A program made the translations under genes and the position numbers. The notes beneath the pieces were generated by a model, which worked only from the letters and a program-made list of their open reading frames with translations, was not told the origin of the DNA and made no database searches. Shown in pieces: positions 13,873-24,859 of a stretch of 64,000 bases of DNA. The stretch lies in the NCBI GenBank assembly GCA_052426225.1, contig JBNJNM010000023.1:744001-808000 (forward strand), written 5' to 3'. Positions within the stretch are counted from its first letter, which is position 1; every line of letters starts with the position of its first letter. Origin of the DNA: Zancudomyces culisetae HAW-14-8 (taxonomy: Eukaryota; Fungi; Kickxellomycota).

Positions 13873-14559
13873 TGTTGTATGCTTAGTTCTACCCAAGCTA
13901 AACTATTGGATGAACAGCATACAGCTTCTCAAACACCGAATAACCACCGTTATCTCGGGTGTTCGAGCAAGAAATCTGGGATTTCTTGGGTAATAAATTA
14001 CCCAAATGTTGGAGAAATATTCAGTTTTAATTGTTTTATTTTAAGTTTCTATTATATAAAGTTCTAATATAATATCTAGTCAGGTACTAGTATATTACTA
14101 GTAACCCCACCACAAGTTTGGTGGTTATATCTTTTTATTTTTAAAAGATATTCATTAAATATAATACAAATTAGCTCTAAAATACTTGATTTTACTCTAT
14201 AAAATTGAAATTTGTGATTTGAGCAAAAACCTACTTAAAACCAAAATAAAACATAGGTAGTGAAACGTAACACAATTTTCAAAGGGTATCAGAAAGGTAT
14301 CAGAGTCTAATTTTTGGACCAAAATTAATCGTTTTGCACACCAAATTTTAGGAATTGGGCGTAATTTTACCCAGTTTTATCGCATTTATTGAAGTAATAA
14401 ATACATAAAACTAAATTAATATAAGCTAAAAAGGTAGGGTTGACTGGTTAAATAAAGTAAAACTTATTCCAGTAACAATCCCCCTCTATTAGCAGAACTT
14501 TTTGTAGGTTTAGTTGCGGATATTTTGTGAGAAATATTCTGCAAATTAAAATTACAACA
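13873..14559 (+). repeat. Solo-LTR-like unit, family D
   Basis: TGTTGTATG...TTACAACA; near-identical to 34293-34981. Confidence 0.85.
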
Positions 14560-14562
14560 TAA

Positions 14563-14910
14563 TGTCGTATAATTTATAAATTATTTTTTAAGTCGAAACT
14601 CGATGATGAATTTATTTAGAATTTTGTTGCCTTGATATACCTTTTTTAGACAAACAATTTCTAAACACTAAATTTATACTTAACTAACTAATAATTAAAT
14701 CATACTAAATTAAATTATGCTGTTTCCCCGTGTAGTTGATTATTTGCTTTTATCAGGTTATCAAATTCACATGTGGTTGTAACATTCTCAGATTTTCCAG
14801 ATGTAACTTTCTCAGATTTCTTCAATGTTACGTCAATTTAATATTACCAATTTTGGAAATTACAGTCATTTTAACTCTTATATAATTTCCGGTAATTTAA
14901 ATTCACGACA
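14563..14910. repeat. Solo-LTR-like unit (single copy in window)
   Basis: TGTCGT...ACGACA inverted termini within the stack; internal direct repeat GTAAC(A/T)TTCTCAGATTT. Confidence 0.65.
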
Positions 14911-14915
14911 AACAA

Positions 14916-15244
14916 TGTCGTATGAAGATACGATTTTATATAATTAGCTTTATTTTTTATTAGGTTTTTAGTTAATAGTTTTGAGATTGGACCTTTTTCC
15001 CCTTGTGGTTTTTGTTCAGTAGTTTAGTTAGATATTTACATTTTATTTCCTCGTTAATTATATTAATCTTGAGGTTAAAGCAACCGCCCACTTGGCATTA
15101 AATAAAAAACACATCTTAAACAAAATATTAAGTTAAACATATATAGATTAAAAAGAACAATAATACAAAAATAATATACTTAGTAATAAACATATAATAC
15201 AATTAGAATATTAAACTTTCATAGAATCGTGAAATTCTATAACA
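14916..15244 (+). repeat. Solo-LTR-like unit, family C
   Basis: Matches 3376-3705 (reverse complement); ACAA on both sides. Confidence 0.8.
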
Positions 15245-15249
15245 ACAAC

Positions 15250-15709
15250 TGTTATATAGTGGCTAGTACTACATCTAGACGCTATATAATAACATCTCAC
15301 CAATAACTAATTCATTTATATATTAATATTTAGGTTTATCAATTAATTTATATTTTAATTATTATAGGATATTTAATATATTATGTTTGCCTAGTTTTTT
15401 TTATCCTTCTGGATTTTTTCTACAGCAACATTCTGGTTTATTATTAATATTTAGTTTATGTTTTAAGATAAGTATATATTTAGTTTTCAAGTATATAATA
15501 GTCATTTAGTTATAAGTATAAATAGGGCTAGGAAACTAGCTATGAAAACATCATCAAATAAAAATATAACAAAAAGTTTGGTCTATATTCAATAAGTGTA
15601 TAACTTTTATTTTGAAAACTACAAAGAATAGCACATAGGATAGTTAGTTATAAATAGAATATATTTACAAAAGCAATACGAAAATAGTGAATCTGTATTT
15701 TCGTCAACA
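15250..15709 (+). repeat. Solo-LTR-like unit, family A
   Basis: TGTTATATAGTGGCT...CAACA; homologous to 33228-33683. Confidence 0.8.
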
Positions 15710-15713
15710 AAAC

Positions 15714-15932
15714 TGTTAATAGTGGAATTATAACCATGTTTTCCTTGTATTTTATTGGTTAATTTAATAAGATTATTTTATGCATTAAATAGTCTAGTTT
15801 TGAATTAATTAATAAATTGTCTTTTTCTCCTACAATAATTATAGTACTAATAAAAAATAATAAAAGTCCCGTCTTGTTTAATACTGGGTAATTATATTAC
15901 TCAGTAGAAGGTTAAACATGTATTATACAACA
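15714..15932 (+). repeat. Solo LTR, TRIM-family variant
   Basis: Shares most of the 223-bp TRIM LTR sequence; flanks AAAC/AAAT. Confidence 0.8.
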
Positions 15933-15942
15933 AAATCAGTAG

Positions 15943-16707
15943 TGTCGCATTATTAACAATTTGTACAATAGCACGTGGATGTGCCTGAAAATGGTACACT
16001 CAGTGCGAAAATGCAAATTCATTTTTGTTTACTTTTTTTAAATAAATTCAAATAATTTTGAGCTCAGTATGCAATCAATTTTTCATACTGAGCTAGTTCA
16101 ATAATGATGAATGTAAAATGTAAAATGATCCCATGCATTTTACATTTATCATTAATAACAAACAAATTATTAATAATATTATAACAATAGTCATATTTTA
16201 GTATATAGTTTATATATAGTGGTTTAAAATTTGAATAATATATTAAAGGAGACGTATGGATGACACATGAAAACCTCATCCATGTCTCGATACGGAATAT
16301 TATAATAAAACAATTAAATAAAATCAAATATAAACCAAAAGATATATTAGCAATAATGTTTTTAAACAGTTGGATTGGAACCGAATGTGACTCCAGGAGG
16401 GAGTCACACACTTTTACCAGCATGAGCAGGGGCAGCAGCATGGATCAGGATGCAGGGGTATTAAGTCCCCGCACCCTTGGTGAGTTGACAGAAAGTGTCC
16501 GTCAACTCCAGATCCGTAGGAGCCCGGAAGAAATGTCGGTGAGTACAATTTCACCGACACTGTACAGGGGTATTAGCTCACCCGAGCACCCCTCGATGCA
16601 CATTGCATTACGCAATAGAAGTGCATCAACCATCAGTGATCGTACCAGAACCGGTATAACACGTGATGGTAGCGCTAATGGAAGTAGTGATACTTCACAT
16701 TATGCGA
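15943..16707 (+). mobile_element. Family E ORF-bearing LTR-like unit; its last bases are displaced to 22044-22048 and 23057-23061 by nested insertions
   Basis: Starts TGTCGCATTA; near-identical to 36527-37290. TSD GTAG at 15939-15942 and 23062-23065. Confidence 0.85.
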
Positions 16708-19700
16708 TGTCATATAGAAATGGATGGATTACCCCTTGTCAGAAATTGGTTAGGTAATTTATTAATGAGTCATAGTATTATTATTATTATTATTATCATT
16801 TTATTGGGAAGATTGGACTTTTCTCCCTAGGAGGGTTTTTTCCTACTTCCTTGATAACAAGTTCGTGTTATCATTACTTTTATATAGGAGTTTGGATTTC
16901 TAGTTTTAAGAAAAAGATTATTATCAATTTTTATTAAGTATATCATAAAAAATAAACTACAATAGTAAAATATAACAAGTGTCTACACAAAACTCAGTTA
17001 TTAACATAAACGGTGAGCTTAAACACTATCCGTGAAGGAAGTAACTAGTGTATTGACACTGTGCACCCATAACGGGTAATATAATATAAATTTTAAATAT
17101 TACAATTGGCGCTCCCAGCTAGGCGCAACGCCAGTGGGCTACAGATAACAGTTATAGAAAATACTAATAGTTGAGGTCAAATTTAGTTAAAAGATAAGCC
17201 GGAAAAAGATAAGAAATGAAGGTGCCAGAGACGTTTGATTGTACCAGTGGTATGGACCCAAAGGAATGGGTAGGAAAATACAGGATAATTGCAAAACTTA
17301 ACAAGTGGGATGAAGATGACTGGATCGATTTCGTACAACTACACTTGGGTAAGCGAGAGCTGGTTTGGTACAAGAGAAACACTCTCAAGTTCACTTCGTG
17401 GGAAGAATTTACTAAACAGTTTATTACCAAATTTGGACCAAAAGACCAAAGTTTAAAATACTTGGAGCAGTTGAAAACAATTAGTCAAGATGAATTCGAA
17501 ACTATTGAGGAGTTAGAATACGAGCTAGAGGAACTGCTAACAAAGTCAAAAATCACTGAAGAGAAGCAAAAGCTTAACTGGTTGCTTAGCGCGTTAACTA
17601 CAGAGAATAGAATAAGAGTAAGGGATGCAGGAGTTGAAAGCTGGACAGAGATTGTTGAACTAATAAGTAAAGATGAACAACAATTAGCTATACAGCGAAA
17701 GCCAAGTGCTATTGAAAAAGAAAACAATAAAAAACAAACTAAACCACGCATTCAGCTTCCGCATTCGGGCAGGCCGATTAAGGATATGGCCCAGGAAAAG
17801 TTAGGTTACGGAGAAATGGTTAAGAAGATGGAGGAGTGGAGTTTGAATCTCCTCACCAAGGTTGACGAGTTGATGGAAAACAAGCTCCGGGAGCATCGTA
17901 GACCCAGACCACAGTCATACACCAGGGGTCCCATCAAGTGTTTTAAGTGTGGGGTCGAAGGACACAAAGTACCAGATTGTCCAGAGCAGAGTAAAGTACA
18001 AGATACCAGTGTAAATTTTATTGAACTTTCTACTGGTAACGAGGAAGACACCGACGTATTTGCAGTACAGAGAGGTATACATCCAAGGGGAGTACAAAAA
18101 CCATATGACTTTAGTAATAAGAAGATGACTCCAATTACTACCCATACAAGGATGTCACAACGCAACAGGGATGAAGTGCGAGCAGAAATGGAGGTAGAGC
18201 CACCAGCTAAACCTCAAGTGGTTGGAACAGCGAAAGATCATGCAACAAAAGAGGAGCCACCAAAAAGCAGAAATAAGTTGATACCAAAGATTACAGAAGG
18301 TATAGAACCATTTAGCTTAGTGGAGGACCTGAAGAGTTACTACCCTCATATAAGCCTACCCCAACTGATACAGGCTGCTCCACAATTAACACATGATATG
18401 AGTCAACTAGCAAAAAAGGTAAAAAAAGATGAGATAAACGAGATACGCCTGAATCCATCTAAGACATCCAGTTGCAAAATTGAGATCACCATATTTGGAA
18501 GGAGAATGTGGGCAGTTGTAGATACAGGGGCCGCGTGCTCTGTAGCTACTCCAAACTTAGTATATGGATGGGGTCTAATCACGGAGCAGTCGGATGGACA
18601 AGTGATAGTCACAGCGGACGGCCGAAGGCATGCACCTCGGGGGATAATTAGAGATGTACCGGTGCAAATAGGAAAGTATATCTTCGCTACTGACATTACT
18701 ATCATGGAAAGAACTGACGATATTCTCATATTAGGAACGGATTGGCTTTTAGCCCACAAAACGAAACTAGATATGCAGAAAGGTGAACTAGCACTACCAG
18801 TAGGAAAACAATTATTGCTAGCACCCCTTTACACTCGCGTAGCAGCAGAAGGAGCAGATTCAGATGAAGCGGAAGTATATTTAGTGATCAGTGAACGTCA
18901 AGATGAGGGAACAGAGGAGGTAGCTATGGACCCGCGGGTCACGGAACTGATAGAGGAAAACAAAGAACTATTCATTGAGGATGTAGAACAGCTCACCCAG
19001 ACGAATGTTACTCAACATCGTATCGAGCTAACACAGGATACTCCCATCCGACAACGTCCATACCGCATACCATTCCACTTATATGAAAAGGTCCGTACTG
19101 AGCTAGAGATTATGGAGAAGAATGGCGTTATTGCGCCCTGCACATCGGAGTGGTGCTCACCCGTTGTAGCAGTCTGGAAAAAGAACGGTAAGCTCCGAAT
19201 CTGTGCGGACTACCGCAAACTGAACCAAGTCACCCGGAAGGATTCCTATCCTCTCCCCACCATAGATGACATTTTTATGGCATTAGCTGGTGCCACCATA
19301 TTTAGCTCGTTTGACGCCTTAAGTGGGTATTGGCAGATACCCATGGCGCTGGAAGATCGCGATAAAACTGCCTTCGCAATTCCTGGAAGTGGGACGTACT
19401 GCTATAACGTGATGCCGTTTGGGCTCACGAATAGCCCAGCCTCCTTCCAGCGAATGATGGAAAAAGCTCTCGCACCTGTGCTCTGGAAGACTACGGTCGT
19501 CTTCATAGATGATATTGTGGTATACTCGACGTCTTTTGAACAACATCTAGTCGATGTTCGTGAGGTCTTACAGCTACTTAAAACTAACAATATACAACTT
19601 CACAAGAATAAATGTAGTTTAGCCGTAAATTCGTTAACATACTTAGGACACACCATCTCAGGTAAGGGTATTGAGACGTGTATGGATAAAATAATTGCTA

Positions 19701-22043
19701 TACAAAAAGCCGAGTCGCCGAAGTCGGTTAAGGAACTTCAATCGTTCCTTGGACTGACTGGTTACTACCGAAAGTTCGTGGAGAACTATGCCAGAATCGT
19801 AGCCCCGTTATTGAAGCTGCTCAAAAAGAATACAGTGTGGAGTTGGCAGTCGGAACATCAGTCAGCAGTAGAAGAACTAAAGAAACAACTTTGCGAGACT
19901 CCAGTCCTATCCCATCCCGATTGGACGCGTGAATTCATTGTCACAACGGACGCCTCCATTGTAGGTATTGGGGCGATCCTTTCCCAGGAATTCGAAGACG
20001 GTGAAAGGCCGATTTGCTATTTGAGTCGTATTTTAAACCCACATGAGAGAAACTATTCAGTGGCACATTTAGAGGGACTTGCCGTAGTATGGTCCGTAAA
20101 GAAATTAAGACAATACTTGTGGGGTAAACACTTTACCGTCCGCACCGACCACAAGGCCCTAATACAACTGTTTAATGGTAAAGACATAACCGGACGTGTC
20201 GCCCGTTGGGCAATGATACTCCGCAACTATAATTACTCCATTGTGCATTGTATGGGAAAGCGGAACCCAGCTGACGCGTTGTCTAGGCTCCCAACCAATG
20301 AACCCTCGACTTCCATTGAAGAACTGGACATACTCACACTTGACTTCCTATATTACACTGCTATTACGACTTACTTGAGAGAGAAAGAGTACCCTAGAGG
20401 AGCAGATGAGAGGTTTCGGGAGAAGTTGCGTAACAAGGCACGGAAATATACACTGAAAAACGATAGACTGTGCCGTGTTATAAAAGGACAAGTCAAGGAG
20501 GTCCTGCACGAGAAAAAAATTGAGGAGACTATATCCACCATTCATGAAGAGGGACACAATGGTATAGAAAACACATGGCTAAAGGTGAAAGAGAAATACA
20601 CTGGCGAAGGACTATATGAAGTTGTGAAAAAAATAGTTAATGAATGTATCACCTGCCAAAGATATAAAGGTGGAAGAACACGAAGAAGCAACCTAAATCC
20701 TATATTTAGCCCGCGACCATTCAGCATATTTGGATTAGATGCAATTGGACCCATCAATCCGGTGAGTAAAACAGGTAATAGATTTATTTTAACGGGAATT
20801 GATTACTTTACTAAGTGGCCAGTGGCCGCTGCAGTAAGTAATATAAAGACTGAGACCATTATTAGTTTTATACTAACCCATATTATTCAGTGGTTCGGGG
20901 TGCCTAGCCAAATCATAACCGACCGCGGCTCAGGATTTGTGAGCGACTTGGCGGAACAGGTATATAAGGAATTGGGAATTCGTCACACACCGACAACGCC
21001 GTATCGCCCCCAAAGCAACGGCCAAGTGGAACGGCTGAATCAAACCCTGAAGAATGCATTAGTGCGACAATGTCGAAAGGACAAACAAAACTGGGATAAG
21101 TTCATTTGGAAATCGCTACTTGCAATCCGGACAATGAGAAACAAATCTACCAAGTATAGTCCTGCTGAGTTGCTATACGGAGTGCAAATTGCTACCCCTA
21201 GCGTATGGACTCCGCCTCCCGATGTTGACAATCTAGATATTGCAGTACAAGAACGAATTGATGCTATAAAATCATCATTGCCGGAGATGAGAACTGATAG
21301 TGTAAGGAATAACGTACTCGCTAAAGAAAAGGATCGTGAATCATATAACAAGCAGGTTAAACCGTACAAATTCAATCAAGAGGACTTAGTACTAAAGATG
21401 ACAGAGCAAACCCAGAGTAAGCTAGAGGAGATCTGGGAGGGACCCTATCAAGTGGAAAATGTATTATCCAAGGGAACTTATATAATAACGGATAACGAAG
21501 GGAAGAGAGATCTGGTCAATGGGGATATGCTAAAACAGTTTCACTACAGTAAGAACATGATACCTGAGGTGTCGTCTGCGTTACGTACCAAGTTAAGACG
21601 GTTTAAAAATGTCCCAACGATAAGTCCAATCTGGTAGGGGAGTATCTGTCATATAGAAATGGATGGATTACCCCTTGTCAGAAATTGGTTAGGTAATTTA
21701 TTAATGAGTCATAGTATTATTATTATTATTATTATCATTTTATTGGGAAGATTGGACTTTTCTCCCTAGGAGGGTTTTTTCCTACTTCCTTGATAACAAG
21801 TTCGTGTTATCATTACTTTTATATAGGAGTTTGGATTTCTAGTTTTAAGAAAAAGATTATTATCAATTTTTATTAAGTATATCATAAAAAATAAACTACA
21901 ATAGTAAAATATAACAAGTGTCTACACAAAACTCAGTTATTAACATAAACGGTGAGCTTAAACACTATCCGTGAAGGAAGTAACTAGTGTATTGACACTG
22001 TGCACCCATAACGGGTAATATAATATAAATTTTAAATATTACA
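16708..22043 (+). mobile_element. Intact Ty3/gypsy retrotransposon #3
   Basis: Apparently identical 397-bp LTRs (16708-17104, 21647-22043). PBS TGGCGCTCCCAGCTAGG. PPT-like GGTAGGGGAG. 4-bp TSD GCGA. Confidence 0.97.
17216..21637 (+). CDS. Single-ORF Gag-Pol polyprotein (1473 aa), no chromodomain
   Basis: CFKCGVEGHKVPDC knuckle, DTGAACS protease, FIDDI RT, RNase H, HHCC-DDE integrase, GPY motif. Confidence 0.97.
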   Translation: MKVPETFDCTSGMDPKEWVGKYRIIAKLNKWDEDDWIDFVQLHLGKRELVWYKRNTLKFTSWEEFTKQFITKFGPKDQSLKYLEQLKTISQDEFETIEELEYELEELLTKSKITEEKQKLNWLLSALTTENRIRVRDAGVESWTEIVELISKDEQQLAIQRKPSAIEKENNKKQTKPRIQLPHSGRPIKDMAQEKLGYGEMVKKMEEWSLNLLTKVDELMENKLREHRRPRPQSYTRGPIKCFKCGVEGHKVPDCPEQSKVQDTSVNFIELSTGNEEDTDVFAVQRGIHPRGVQKPYDFSNKKMTPITTHTRMSQRNRDEVRAEMEVEPPAKPQVVGTAKDHATKEEPPKSRNKLIPKITEGIEPFSLVEDLKSYYPHISLPQLIQAAPQLTHDMSQLAKKVKKDEINEIRLNPSKTSSCKIEITIFGRRMWAVVDTGAACSVATPNLVYGWGLITEQSDGQVIVTADGRRHAPRGIIRDVPVQIGKYIFATDITIMERTDDILILGTDWLLAHKTKLDMQKGELALPVGKQLLLAPLYTRVAAEGADSDEAEVYLVISERQDEGTEEVAMDPRVTELIEENKELFIEDVEQLTQTNVTQHRIELTQDTPIRQRPYRIPFHLYEKVRTELEIMEKNGVIAPCTSEWCSPVVAVWKKNGKLRICADYRKLNQVTRKDSYPLPTIDDIFMALAGATIFSSFDALSGYWQIPMALEDRDKTAFAIPGSGTYCYNVMPFGLTNSPASFQRMMEKALAPVLWKTTVVFIDDIVVYSTSFEQHLVDVREVLQLLKTNNIQLHKNKCSLAVNSLTYLGHTISGKGIETCMDKIIAIQKAESPKSVKELQSFLGLTGYYRKFVENYARIVAPLLKLLKKNTVWSWQSEHQSAVEELKKQLCETPVLSHPDWTREFIVTTDASIVGIGAILSQEFEDGERPICYLSRILNPHERNYSVAHLEGLAVVWSVKKLRQYLWGKHFTVRTDHKALIQLFNGKDITGRVARWAMILRNYNYSIVHCMGKRNPADALSRLPTNEPSTSIEELDILTLDFLYYTAITTYLREKEYPRGADERFREKLRNKARKYTLKNDRLCRVIKGQVKEVLHEKKIEETISTIHEEGHNGIENTWLKVKEKYTGEGLYEVVKKIVNECITCQRYKGGRTRRSNLNPIFSPRPFSIFGLDAIGPINPVSKTGNRFILTGIDYFTKWPVAAAVSNIKTETIISFILTHIIQWFGVPSQIITDRGSGFVSDLAEQVYKELGIRHTPTTPYRPQSNGQVERLNQTLKNALVRQCRKDKQNWDKFIWKSLLAIRTMRNKSTKYSPAELLYGVQIATPSVWTPPPDVDNLDIAVQERIDAIKSSLPEMRTDSVRNNVLAKEKDRESYNKQVKPYKFNQEDLVLKMTEQTQSKLEEIWEGPYQVENVLSKGTYIITDNEGKRDLVNGDMLKQFHYSKNMIPEVSSALRTKLRRFKNVPTISPIW

Positions 22044-22048
22044 GCGAC

Positions 22049-23056
22049 TGTTATATAGTAGAAATATATACCTGTATTTCCTTGTATTTTATTGGTTAAT
22101 TTAAATAGTATTATTTTAAGCATTAAATAGTCTAGTTTTGAATTAATTAATAAATTGTCTTTTTCTCCCACAATAATTATAGACCTAATATATAATAATA
22201 AAAGTCCCGTCCTGTATAATACTGGGTAATTATATTACTCAGTAGGACGTTAAACATGTAATTATACAACAGTGGTGATCCAGCCAGGACTCCACTCTGT
22301 TGAGAGGAGTCTTATTGGGCCGAATTGGAATTGAGATTGGCCAAGATGAGATTCGAAATTTCGAAATCTCGAAATTCAGATTGCGGAATTCGTGCGATTC
22401 GAGTAGTTCAGAAGTGGACAATAGGATACTAAAGCGTATAGAATTAGGCTAAGAAGACGTTAGGAGCTCACAGGCTTCAGGTGACGCGAGATGATGAGTG
22501 TGAGGGACGGCTTGTAGAAGGGTAATCTCAGGCGTGAAGCATTTTAGTATTAGCTAGGGACCTTCAGAAGCGAATGTGGGTGGTCCATGGGTCATGTAGA
22601 GTCTGAATACACCATAGTAGGAAGTCCAGGAAGCGATCTCGAAAACATCATTTTCGACATTTATGAGTTCGAAATTCGGAATTTCAGTGTGAAGTCACAT
22701 GATAAATTTTGAACTTGATAACAACTTAGTTTTAGTTTTATAAGTATTTTATTTACTTAAAATATCATTTTTTAGAGACTAAGTAGTTTTGGTGAGCTTG
22801 GTCGAGGGCGACTCAAGCTTAAAGGGGGGATACTGTTATATAGTAGAAATATATACCTGTATTTCCTTGTATTTTATTGGTTAATTTAAATAGTATTATT
22901 TTATGCATTAAATAGTCTAGTTTTGAATTAATTAATAAATTGTCTTTTTCTCCCACAATAATTATAGACCTAATATATAATAATAAAAGTCCCGTCCTGT
23001 ATAATACTGGGTAATTATATTACTCAGTAGGACGTTAAACATGTAATTATACAACA
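22049..23056 (+). mobile_element. TRIM-like non-autonomous LTR element (1008 bp)
   Basis: 223-bp LTRs 22049-22271 and 22834-23056 (1 mismatch seen). PBS TGGTGATCCAGCCAGGAC. PPT AAAGGGGGGA. TSD CGAC. No gag/pol. Confidence 0.93.
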
Positions 23057-23063
23057 CGACAGT

Positions 23064-23145
23064 AGTGGTTTGGCCGAGTGGTTAAGGCGGTAGACTTAAG
23101 ATCTATTCGAAGTTTCGATCGTGGGTTCGAACCCCACAGCCACTA
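23064..23145 (+). tRNA. tRNA-Leu(TAA)
   Basis: Acceptor AGTGGTT/AGCCACT; D arm GCCGAGTGGTTAAGGC; anticodon loop CTTAAGA; long variable arm; GGTTCGAACCC. Confidence 0.92.
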
Positions 23146-23240
23146 TATCTTGATTATATATTATCTATTTTTATCTTATAACTTTTTATATTGTTATATA
23201 GCCTCGCAGATCACCCTTAGTCACGATAAAATCTACATTA

Positions 23241-24453
23241 TGTCGCATATTTTTACCTCACTCGAAATATTGTAGTATAACGGCTACATACTTTTTGCTA
23301 GTGTAGTATAACGGCTACATACTTTTTGCTAGCGAATCAACTGCGATACTTTAGCATAATATAACTACCAATTAATTTGTAGTTAATTATATATAAATAT
23401 TTATAATAGTAAAGCTGAATATCTGAACGATAGTAAAATAAAAGCGAAGCGGACAACGAAAATAAACATCTTTAGGCTTTCTTAACGGAATATACTTTAC
23501 ATATACGTTTTTTACATACTTAGTAATTGAAATTAACACTACATTGAGATAGTTTACTTAGGGTTTTATTATTATTACAACAATAATAAAAGTTATTAAA
23601 AAACATTCATATTACGGCAAACAGAACTAGTTAAGTGATCCGAGACCTGAGTATAACTGACACAATCAGTGCTATACCAAACTCAGCCATCACATTAGCT
23701 GAACATTATATCAGATAACTTAATACATCTACTATATATTTCAATATTATATATATCATTTTATTTACCACATATTAATCAACTAACTTAAATTAAAGTT
23801 GATCAAAAATCAACAATACTATTTAGTCAATTGGAAAAAAATTAATAACCAAAGAAAAATTATAAAACAAAAAAAAAAACAATTAAAAAGATTATAAGAA
23901 ATCAACATTCAAATATATATACAATAAGAATACAAAAACGATGTAAAAACGAAACCACAAGATACAACTCAGTATAATACGTAGAAACATAGGTTATCTG
24001 AATTAGCTTTTAGTAGGTTAAACGAAATAGTATATATATATAAGCGAAGGAAGACTCAATGAGGATTCCTTAGCTCTTTTAGTAGTTTTAAGAAACAAGT
24101 TAAAAATACGGAAATAAAGAAAACAGTTGTCAACAAAGTACTCGTTTAAACAAGGCTGTTTATTTATAAAGTTTAATAGTGCTACGGCTAAATATGTAAA
24201 AGAACATATAATTAAAACATTACTAAAATCTCAATGTCAGGTCTGATGCAGCAACTCCGTTCAGCCATCATCCAACAGTTCAAGGATGAGGGACGCTATT
24301 CTTCCGACAGTGACCGTTCAGAAGTATCCAATATGAATATAGAACCGGAACAGTCACAGGATCCCTTCCATGAGCTAGGGGAGATAGTTAAGCAGGAGTT
24401 TCTGACTATCAGAAACCCGACAAAGAACGTGACATTCCCGGTCACGTCCGACA
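23241..24453 (+). mobile_element. Family G ORF-bearing LTR-like unit, interrupted by family H
   Basis: TGTCGC...CCGACA termini, flanks ATTA/ATTT; ORF MSGLMQQLRSAIIQQFKDEGRY from 24234. Confidence 0.75.
23271..23743 (+). repeat. Family H unit with a 31-bp 5' tandem duplication
   Basis: TGTAGTATAACGGCTACATACTTTTTGCTAG twice; TSD ATAT; homologous to 37431-37873. Confidence 0.85.
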
Positions 24454-24859
24454 ATTTTAATAATATTTGTTTTATTATATTAATATTATATTATTTTTTT
24501 AGATCATTATATTTGATATGTTTTAGTATAATATTAGTTTATTTTAAATTCAGGTTCATGCATAGTTTTTTTAATCTTCGGATTTTTTTTGGCATGAACA
24601 AATATTAAAAAAATAGTTATAGGTTTATTAGTAGTTTAGGTATATAGTTAAGTTTATTATAGTATAAATAATATTAATAATACTACATGTTTTTTCTTGT
24701 AGTAGAGTATCAAATAAAATACATAAACATATTTTGGTCTACTTACTAAAGCTTTAACATATATAGTGAAAACTTGATTAAAAATAGTACTTAGTATATA
24801 TTAGTTAACATAGTAAATATTTTATTTATAGCGGTTACAAACCTAAATCGATAACAATA

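Larger units (their letters stand above)
23192..24856 (+). repeat. Family A-related unit interrupted by family G and H units
   Basis: TGTTATATAG start at 23192; remainder 24454-24856 ends GATAACA. Confidence 0.65.

Noticed and set aside
13873-15932. Unit/spacer array read as a CRISPR array or integron-like cassette array
   Set aside because: There is no constant repeat and no cas gene or integron integrase, and the context is eukaryotic. The units have LTR-type TG...CA ends and TSDs, and one family is demonstrably a TRIM LTR.
17164-21375. Many short antisense ORFs over the gypsy pol (also over other elements and host genes)
   Set aside because: Shadow ORFs of coding strands, with no recognisable motifs.
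22239-22421. 60-aa antisense ORF in the TRIM interior
   Set aside because: Low-complexity product of TCGAAAT repeats that runs into the LTR; a single copy gives no evidence of selection.
23078-23275. 65-aa ORF MVKAVDLRS...
   Set aside because: It is a translation of the tRNA-Leu gene and its AT-rich trailer.
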